A DNA stretch of 64,000 nucleotides from Myxococcales bacterium (GTDB lineage: Bacteria; Myxococcota_A; Polyangia; Polyangiales; JAFGIB01): NCBI GenBank assembly GCA_050118535.1, contig JASFKR010000003.1, forward strand, positions 4 through 64,003, given 5' to 3'. The notes beneath the pieces are model-generated. The model was not told the origin of the DNA and ran no database searches. It saw only the letters and a program-made list of their open reading frames with translations. The position numbers and the translations under genes were made by a program. Of this stretch, positions 58,401-64,000 are shown piece after piece. Every line of letters begins with the position of its first letter. Position 1 is the stretch's first letter.

Positions 58401-59386
58401 TCCGAGCCGCGGGTGCCTGGGCGGAAGATGTAGCCCTGGTGCTGAAACACGCAGATGCGGTTTCGCCCGTCGTGCTTGGCCTGATACAGCGCCCGGTCGG
58501 CCGCTTTGATGAGCTGGTCCTTGGACCGGATATCCCGGCTCGGGTAGACCGCCACGCCCAGTGACACGGTGATCGCGCCGGGCCCGCCAGTACGCAGCTC
58601 ATCCTCTCCCACGGAGCGCCAAACGCGCTCGGCGACTGTGAGCGCACCCGAGAAGTTGGTGCTCGGGAGCACCAGCAGGAACTCTTCGCCCCCATAGCGA
58701 GCGACCACGTCCACCTCGCGCACCGCCTCGAGCAGGCGCGAGGCCACCTCACGCAGAACGTCGTCGCCCACGTCGTGGCCGTGCTGATCGTTGACGCGCT
58801 TGAAGTGATCCACGTCGAGCATCACGCAGGCGAGTGGCTCGCGGTAGCGCTCGGCGCGTTTGTACTCCTCGGCCATGCGCGTCTGCAGATAGCGATAGTT
58901 GTACAGGCCCGTGAGCTCGTCCTTCACGGCCAGGGTGGCGAGCTTCTCCTTGGCCGCGTGGATCTGATCGTGCATGCGCTTGATGCGCAGCAGGTTGGTG
59001 ACGCGGGCGAGCAGCTCTCGCTCGTCGAAGGGCTTGCACACGTAGTCGTCTGCGCCGATGCGTAGCCCGGCGACGCGGCTGTCGCTGTCGCTGCGCGCGG
59101 TCAGCAGCACCACTGGCAGGAAGCCGTCGCCCACGATGCCCTTGATGAGACGGCAGCAGTCCAGACCGTCGAGGCCGGGCATGATGATGTCGAGCAGCAC
59201 CAGATCGACGTCCGCGTCGCGGGCCTTGGCCAGCGCCCGGTTGCCGTCTTCGGCGGTCTCCACCTCCATGCCGTGGGAGCGCAGCAGACGCGCAATGTGG
59301 TCGCGGGCCATGCCGTCGTCCTCGGCGACGAGCACGCGCGGGGCGCGCGAGGCCGGCGGCGATTGCGACGACAGGGGATCGGACAT
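58391..59386 (-). CDS. Response-regulator diguanylate cyclase (REC-GGDEF, PleD-like)
   Basis: Start at Met34 of the track ORF. REC: RVLVAEDD ... DLVLLDIIMPGLDG. GGDEF: KDELTGLYNYRYL, LDVDHFKRVNDQHGHDVGD, REVD I-site (RxxD) 5 residues before the intact GGEEF, and ALYQAKHDGRNR. Confidence 0.88.
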   Translation of the reverse strand: MSDPLSSQSPPASRAPRVLVAEDDGMARDHIARLLRSHGMEVETAEDGNRALAKARDADVDLVLLDIIMPGLDGLDCCRLIKGIVGDGFLPVVLLTARSDSDSRVAGLRIGADDYVCKPFDERELLARVTNLLRIKRMHDQIHAAKEKLATLAVKDELTGLYNYRYLQTRMAEEYKRAERYREPLACVMLDVDHFKRVNDQHGHDVGDDVLREVASRLLEAVREVDVVARYGGEEFLLVLPSTNFSGALTVAERVWRSVGEDELRTGGPGAITVSLGVAVYPSRDIRSKDQLIKAADRALYQAKHDGRNRICVFQHQGYIFRPGTRGSDHP

Positions 59387-59495
59387 CGGAAAGATGCTCA
59401 CAACGCCCGACACGGCGCCGCTCACGGCATGCATTCTACCACGGATTCGAGGACGGGTCCGGGCCGAGTCTATCTGGAATTGCAAGCCTTTTCCG

Positions 59496-59512
59496 TTGGC
59501 ACGCCTTGTGCT
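59496..59512 (+). promoter_or_regulatory. Sigma-54-type -24/-12 promoter-like element upstream of rpoN
   Basis: TTGGCACGCCTTGTGCT read directly. The GG (59498-59499) and GC (59510-59511) have the canonical 12-nt offset of TGGCACG-N4-TTGCW, with 13 of 14 specified positions matching. About 117 nt upstream of the proposed rpoN start. Confidence 0.4.
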
Positions 59513-59628
59513 TTTCCACTTTGCGCGGGCGATTGCGGCCGTGTAATCTATTTGAACGTCGCGCGCCGCGGTGGCGCCGTATTCGCGCAGTTGGTTGGCG
59601 CGAATCGCGAGGTCGAAGGGAAGGGGAA

Positions 59629-61089
59629 TTGGAGCTCAAGCAGCAGCTGAAGCTGTCCCAACAGCTCGTCATGACGCCGCAGCTGCAGCAGGCGATCAAG
59701 CTGCTGCAGATGTCGCGGATGGAGCTGGTCGAGACCGTGCATCAGGAGCTGCTCGAGAATCCCGTCCTCGAGGACCAGCGCGACACGGCCGAGGCCGCCG
59801 GCGGCGAGTCCGAGTCCGGGCAGGGGGAGGGCGAGGGCAAGTCGCCCCAGGAGAAGACCGACGGCGAGGCGCGCGAGGCCGACAAGAAGGCCTCGGAGAT
59901 CGACTGGGACCGCTACATCGAAAATCACGCCATGCAGGCCCCGATGCCCGGCGGCACCGCACGCGGCTTCGACGAGCTGCCCAGCTACGAGACGACGCTC
60001 ACGCGCAGCGAGGACCTGGTCGACCACCTGGAGTGGCAGGTGCGCATGGGGGACTTCGTCGAGGACGAGCAACGCTTTGCGGCGCTGGTGCTCGGCAACC
60101 TCGACGACGACGGCTACCTCAAGATGGAAGGGGTGCCGCCCGAAGAGGTCGTTCCGCGCCTGGCCGCGGAGGCCGAGCTGCATCCCGAGGACGCCGAAGA
60201 GGTGCTGGCCATGATCCAGCGCTTCGATCCCGTCGGGGTGGCCGCGCGCAGCCTCGCGGAGTGCCTGCGGGTGCAGGCGGAACACTGGGGCATGGATGAG
60301 CTGGTGCTCAAGGTAATCGACGAGCACCTGGGCGATCTGGAGAAGCGTGCCTACCAGGCAATCGCCAAGAAGCTCGGCGTCGACGTTGAAGAAGTGTACG
60401 ACGTGGCGCAGGTGATCGCCGAGCTCGAACCGCGGCCGGCGCGCAACTTCACCACCAGCGAGCCGCAGTACATCGAGCCCGACGTCTGGGTGCACAAGGT
60501 GGGCGATCGCTATTTCGTGGTGGCCAACGACGACGGCATGCCGCGACTCAAGATCAGTGGGTTCTACCGCTCCGCCATGAAGGGCGACGCCGAGGCGAAG
60601 GAATACATCCAGAACAAGCTACGCAGCGCCCAGTGGTTGATCCGCAGCATCGACCAGCGCCGCAAGACCATCGAGCGCGTCACCGAGTGCATCGTGGAGA
60701 AGCAGAAGGACTTCTTCGAGAAGGGCATCGAGTATCTCAAGCCCATGATCCTGCGGGACGTCGCCGAGGAGGTGGGGATGCACGAGAGCACGATCTCGCG
60801 CGTCACCAGCAACAAGTACGTGGCGACGCCGCGCGGCCTCTTCGAGCTCAAGTTCTTCTTCAACAGCGCCATCAGGCGTTCATCCTCGCAGGACGACATC
60901 GCTTCCGAGAGCGTCAAGCAGGCCATCAAGAAGCTGATCGACGGCGAGGACCCGAAGAAACCCTACAGCGACCAGAAGCTGGTCGAGCTGCTTGCCCAGC
61001 AGAACATCGAGATCGCGCGCCGAACCGTGGCGAAGTATCGCGAGATGCTCGGCATCCTGAGCTCTTCCAAGCGAAAGAAGTATTTCTGA
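59629..61089 (+). CDS. rpoN: RNA polymerase sigma-54 factor
   Basis: TTG start giving M-ELKQQLKLSQQLVMTPQLQQAIKLLQMSRMELVETV (canonical region I), preceded by gaagggaagggg. An acidic region II follows. C-terminus has the HTH ESTISRVTSNKYV and the RpoN box ARRTVAKYRE. Confidence 0.92.
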   Translation: MELKQQLKLSQQLVMTPQLQQAIKLLQMSRMELVETVHQELLENPVLEDQRDTAEAAGGESESGQGEGEGKSPQEKTDGEAREADKKASEIDWDRYIENHAMQAPMPGGTARGFDELPSYETTLTRSEDLVDHLEWQVRMGDFVEDEQRFAALVLGNLDDDGYLKMEGVPPEEVVPRLAAEAELHPEDAEEVLAMIQRFDPVGVAARSLAECLRVQAEHWGMDELVLKVIDEHLGDLEKRAYQAIAKKLGVDVEEVYDVAQVIAELEPRPARNFTTSEPQYIEPDVWVHKVGDRYFVVANDDGMPRLKISGFYRSAMKGDAEAKEYIQNKLRSAQWLIRSIDQRRKTIERVTECIVEKQKDFFEKGIEYLKPMILRDVAEEVGMHESTISRVTSNKYVATPRGLFELKFFFNSAIRRSSSQDDIASESVKQAIKKLIDGEDPKKPYSDQKLVELLAQQNIEIARRTVAKYREMLGILSSSKRKKYF

Positions 61090-61217
61090 GCTTACGTGAT
61101 CGCACGGCCCACAGACCGCTTCGCGTCAGCCGCCGCTCCGGTGGCCGACGCAGCGGTCCAGGGGGACGTGCATTCAAACCCTGGCCGGGGCCGATGTGCC
61201 CCAATGAGGTGCTGTAC

Positions 61218-61511
61218 ATGCGGATTGACTACACCTTCCGGAACCTGGACTCGTCGGATGCGATCAAAGCCTACGCGGCCGAAAAGCTCGGCAAGCTGCA
61301 GAAGTTCGTGCGGGGAACGATCGATGCGGCCGTGACGTTCTCCGTCGAGCGTCATCTGCACTGCGTCGACGTGAGCCTGAACGTGGACGGCGCACACCAC
61401 CAGGGACGGGAGGAGCAGGAGGACATGTACGCATCCATCGACCTGGTGGCCGACAAGATCCAGCGCCAGCTCAACCGGGCCCATGAGCAAGAGTCCAACC
61501 ACCGGAGATAG
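61218..61511 (+). CDS. hpf: Ribosome hibernation-promoting factor (short HPF/RaiA family)
   Basis: MRIDYTFRNLDSSDAIKAYAAEKLGKLQKF ... EDMYASIDLVADKIQRQL. ATG 61218 lies within track ORF 60633..61511. Confidence 0.88.
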   Translation: MRIDYTFRNLDSSDAIKAYAAEKLGKLQKFVRGTIDAAVTFSVERHLHCVDVSLNVDGAHHQGREEQEDMYASIDLVADKIQRQLNRAHEQESNHRR

Positions 61512-61589
61512 TGTCGTCGTGCAAAAAGCGTACGGTCCACTCCGTGTGAATCCGTACGCGGCGGCGAGCCCGATGGGGTAGACTGGGTC

Positions 61590-61629
61590 GCGGGGGAACG
61601 GTATAGGCGTTCCCCCGCGCTACTTTTCC
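61590..61629 (+). terminator. Strong GC hairpin followed by a T-rich tail between hpf and ptsN
   Basis: gcgggggaacg-gtatagg-cgttcccccgc (11-bp stem), then gctacttttcc. A second hairpin, gcgtacgg-N16-ccgtacgc, lies at 61528-61559. Confidence 0.45.
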
Positions 61630-61644
61630 GTACCCGCTGTACCC

Positions 61645-62103
61645 ATGCGCTTGGCAGACGTATTGAAGGTCGAGGCGATCCAGACCGACCTCGACTCGGG
61701 CGACAAGGAAGACGCCCTCCGCGCCCTTGCGCGCATCCTCGCCGGGTCCGATCAGGTCCTGGACGAGGACACCGTCTATCGGGTGTTTTCGGACCGCGAG
61801 CGTCTGGCCAGCACCGGCGTGGGCAGTGGGGTGGCCATTCCCCACGGCCGGCTGGACATCGACCATTTCCAGCTCGCCATGGCCATCTGCCGCGAAGGTG
61901 TCCCTTTTGATTCGGTGGATGGTGAGCCCGCTCGCATCTTCGTCGCCCTACTGGGGCCGCGTGAGAATCCTGCCGAGCAGCTCAAGATGCTTGCGCGCAT
62001 CTCGCGCGTCCTCAAGGACAAGGCAGTGCGGGCGCGGCTGCTGGCTGCCGAGACGGGCCAGGATGCCCTGACCATCCTGACGGAGGAAGAGGGCAAGCAC
62101 TGA
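61645..62103 (+). CDS. ptsN: PTS IIA-like nitrogen regulatory protein
   Basis: ERLASTGVGSGVAIPHGRL (phosphorylatable His motif) and FVALLGPRENPAEQLKMLARISR. Confidence 0.88.
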   Translation: MRLADVLKVEAIQTDLDSGDKEDALRALARILAGSDQVLDEDTVYRVFSDRERLASTGVGSGVAIPHGRLDIDHFQLAMAICREGVPFDSVDGEPARIFVALLGPRENPAEQLKMLARISRVLKDKAVRARLLAAETGQDALTILTEEEGKH

Positions 62104-62148
62104 GTCCCCTGGTCCCCCGCTGGGCGGCCTCTGCTAAGGTCGTTTAAC

Positions 62149-63015
62149 GTGAGCGAGCTTCACCTCGTCGTGGTCACGGGCATGTCGGGCGCCGGCCGCA
62201 GCTCTGCGCTGCGGATGCTGGAGGATCTGGGCTTCTTCTGCGTGGACAACATCCCGCCCGCCCTGATCCCCGATCTGCTGACCATGCTCGAGGGGCAGCA
62301 ACAAATATCGCGCGTCGCCGTCGGAATGGACGTGCGCACCGGGCGGTTTCTCGAGGGCGCGGGCGAGGTGCTCGATCAGCTCGTGGCGTCCGGCAAGTCG
62401 GTGAAGCTCATCTTCCTCGAGAGCCAGGACGATGAGCTGGTGCGTCGCTTCAGCGAGACCCGCCGCTCGCACCCGCTGGCGCCCGGGGGCAACCTGCTGG
62501 AGGCGATCCGGGCCGAGCGCGAGCGCGTGGCCCCCTTGCGCGCACGGGCGGACCTTCTCCTCGACACCACCGGCCTGTCCGTTCACGACCTGCGCCGTCA
62601 GCTCATCGACCACATCGCCAGCGGCACGCGTGCCGGACACATGGTCACGCGTATCGTCTCTTTCGGCTTCAAATACGGGCTGCCGGTGGACGCCGATCTG
62701 GTCTTCGATCTGCGCTATCTGCCAAACCCCCATTTCGTGCGCGAGCTGCGCCCCAAGACCGGCCTCGATCCCGAAGTGGCACGCTTCGTATTGGATGCGC
62801 CGGAGGCTCAGGAGCTGTTGCAGGACCTGACGGCGCTGCTGCAGAAGCTGCTGCCGCGCTATCAGCGCGAGGGAAAGAGCTACCTCACGGTGGCCATCGG
62901 CTGCACCGGCGGCCGCCACCGGTCGGTGGCCATGACCGAGGCATTGGCCAAAGCGCTTGCGGGTTGCGGTGACATTCGCGTGGAACACCGTGATGCGGGG
63001 CTCGAGCCGGGGTGA
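62149..63015 (+). CDS. rapZ: RNase adapter protein RapZ
   Basis: Walker A VVVTGMSGAGRSSALRMLEDLGFFCVDNIP. C-terminus FDLRYLPNPHF and AIGCTGGRHRSV. Confidence 0.92.
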   Translation: MSELHLVVVTGMSGAGRSSALRMLEDLGFFCVDNIPPALIPDLLTMLEGQQQISRVAVGMDVRTGRFLEGAGEVLDQLVASGKSVKLIFLESQDDELVRRFSETRRSHPLAPGGNLLEAIRAERERVAPLRARADLLLDTTGLSVHDLRRQLIDHIASGTRAGHMVTRIVSFGFKYGLPVDADLVFDLRYLPNPHFVRELRPKTGLDPEVARFVLDAPEAQELLQDLTALLQKLLPRYQREGKSYLTVAIGCTGGRHRSVAMTEALAKALAGCGDIRVEHRDAGLEPG

Positions 63016-63296
63016 CGCACGTGGACGAGATCCGCCGCACGTTTCGAATCGTCAACCGCCTCGGACTTCACGCCCGGGCGGCCACCGCCCTGTCGCGCGT
63101 CGCGGGGCAGTTCGCGGCAGACATCCGCGTCCACAAGGGAACCCAAAGCGCGCGGTCGACCAGCGTAATCGAGCTGCTCATGCTGTGCGGCCACCCCGGC
63201 TCGGATCTGATCGTGACCGGCGTCGGCGACGATGCCGAGCAGGCGGTCGAGGCCATCGGTGCGTTGATCGCCGATCGTTTCGGAGAGGCGGAGTAG
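63012..63296 (+). CDS. ptsH: HPr-family phosphocarrier protein (NPr-like by context)
   Basis: The GTG overlaps the rapZ stop (GTGA). VNRLGLHARAA active-site His motif. 94 aa. Confidence 0.85.
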   Translation: MTHVDEIRRTFRIVNRLGLHARAATALSRVAGQFAADIRVHKGTQSARSTSVIELLMLCGHPGSDLIVTGVGDDAEQAVEAIGALIADRFGEAE

Positions 63297-63300
63297 GCCC

Positions 63301-64000
63301 ATGCGCGAACGCAGCGAGCGGGCCGGTATCGCGGCCTCGCCCGGGGTGGGCGTGGGGCCGGCTCTGGTGATGGACTCGGCCCATCCCCACGTGCGCCACG
63401 TACACATCGGTGCGGGCGAGGCGGGCTTCGAAGTGGAACGTCTGCGGGCCGCCGTGGAGCGCTCGCGCCGCGAGCTCGAGGACATCCGCGCACGTCTGGG
63501 AGACGGGGCGCCGGCCGATTATCGGCTGATCCTGGACGCACATCTGATGATGCACGGCGACGCCTTGTTGATCGATAGCGCGACGCGCGCCATCGAGACC
63601 GAGGGCATCAACGCCGAGTGGGCGGTCGAGCGAGCCGTGCGTGGCATCGCCCAGCACCTGGCGCAGGCGTCCGTCGACTACTTCCGTGATCGCTCGGCGG
63701 ACGTGGAGCACGTGGGCAACCGCATCATTGCGCAGCTGTCGGGCCACGTCTCGTCGCTCCCCGCCGAGATGGAGGGCTGCGTGCTCGTCATCGATGACCT
63801 GCACCCGGCGGACGCAGCACAGCTGATCGAAACGCCCGTGGCCGCGCTGGTGACCGGCCTCGGCACCGCCACGAGCCACACGGCGATCTTGGCGCGCACG
63901 CTCGAGATTCCGGCGGTGGTCGGTGTGGCCGGAATCGTGTCCATGGTCGGAAGCGGCGACGAACTGGTGGTCGACGCTTTTCACGGCCGCGTGGTGCTCG
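63301..64000 (+). CDS. ptsI: Phosphoenolpyruvate-protein phosphotransferase (Enzyme I), 3' partial at window edge
   Basis: Not in the track because it has no stop. My translation from ATG 63301: MRERSERAGIAASPGVGVGPALV ... ILDAHLMMHGD ... LVTGLGTATSHTAILARTLEIPAVVG (phospho-His motif). The N-terminus starts directly with the EI domain, with no GAF extension. Confidence 0.88.
   Translation, partial: MRERSERAGIAASPGVGVGPALVMDSAHPHVRHVHIGAGEAGFEVERLRAAVERSRRELEDIRARLGDGAPADYRLILDAHLMMHGDALLIDSATRAIETEGINAEWAVERAVRGIAQHLAQASVDYFRDRSADVEHVGNRIIAQLSGHVSSLPAEMEGCVLVIDDLHPADAAQLIETPVAALVTGLGTATSHTAILARTLEIPAVVGVAGIVSMVGSGDELVVDAFHGRVVL

Overview
High-GC bacterial chromosomal segment. GC content was not computed. 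The gene content suggests Myxococcota, which is an inference: a PknK-like kinase-NTPase-TPR protein, FHA proteins, a TIGR02266-type PilZ protein, a TIGR02147/DUF4423 protein, many TPR proteins and lipoproteins, and sigma-54. I support about 57 protein-coding genes, one decayed pseudogene, and no tRNA, rRNA, CRISPR array, transposase or integrase. Most long ORFs in the track that lie antisense to or overlap these genes are Arg/Pro/Gly/Ala-rich artefacts of a stop-poor GC-rich sequence. Layout: (i) 1-10 kb holds a TPR protein, an FHA-GGDEF cyclase, lipoproteins, a hydrolase-OsmC fusion, ddl and a membrane LuxR. (ii) 10.4-22.3 kb is a 13-gene run on the minus strand: purF, TPR, nudC, merR-family, a Liv-type ABC importer with an embedded acyl-CoA synthetase, and rnd. 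(iii) 22.4-33.3 kb holds a PEP-utilising phosphotransferase, rluA-type synthase, TPR protein, AI-2E transporter, rnhA, fba and pckA. (iv) 33.4-47 kb is the most accessory-looking stretch: a decayed Na+/solute symporter, a SulP-STAS transporter fused to a beta-carbonic-anhydrase-like domain that appears to lack zinc ligands, then a small secreted protein, polysaccharide deacetylase, STAND-type Ser/Thr kinase and FHA/Zn-ribbon protein. These are divergent from a TIGR02147 / lipoprotein / M48 protease / beta-barrel cluster across an unusually AT-rich region carrying GCATACA inverted repeats. (v) 47-54 kb holds guaB, an esterase, and a GT2 / UGM-like flavoprotein / PMI set. (vi) 54-59.4 kb is a c-di-GMP neighbourhood with a PilZ protein and a response-regulator GGDEF. 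(vii) 59.6-64 kb is the canonical rpoN-hpf-ptsN-rapZ-npr-ptsI cluster, preceded by a sigma-54-type -24/-12 motif. I found no hallmark of a known defence system or mobile element. The best candidates for something undescribed are the pseudo-carbonic-anhydrase SulP fusion, the FHA / STAND-kinase / deacetylase unit with its divergent TIGR02147 envelope cluster, and two non-coding oddities near 25.8 kb (a 32-bp AT-rich palindrome and an orphan copy of a hexamer-periodic repeat). All functional calls rest on motif recognition from memory, not on database searches.
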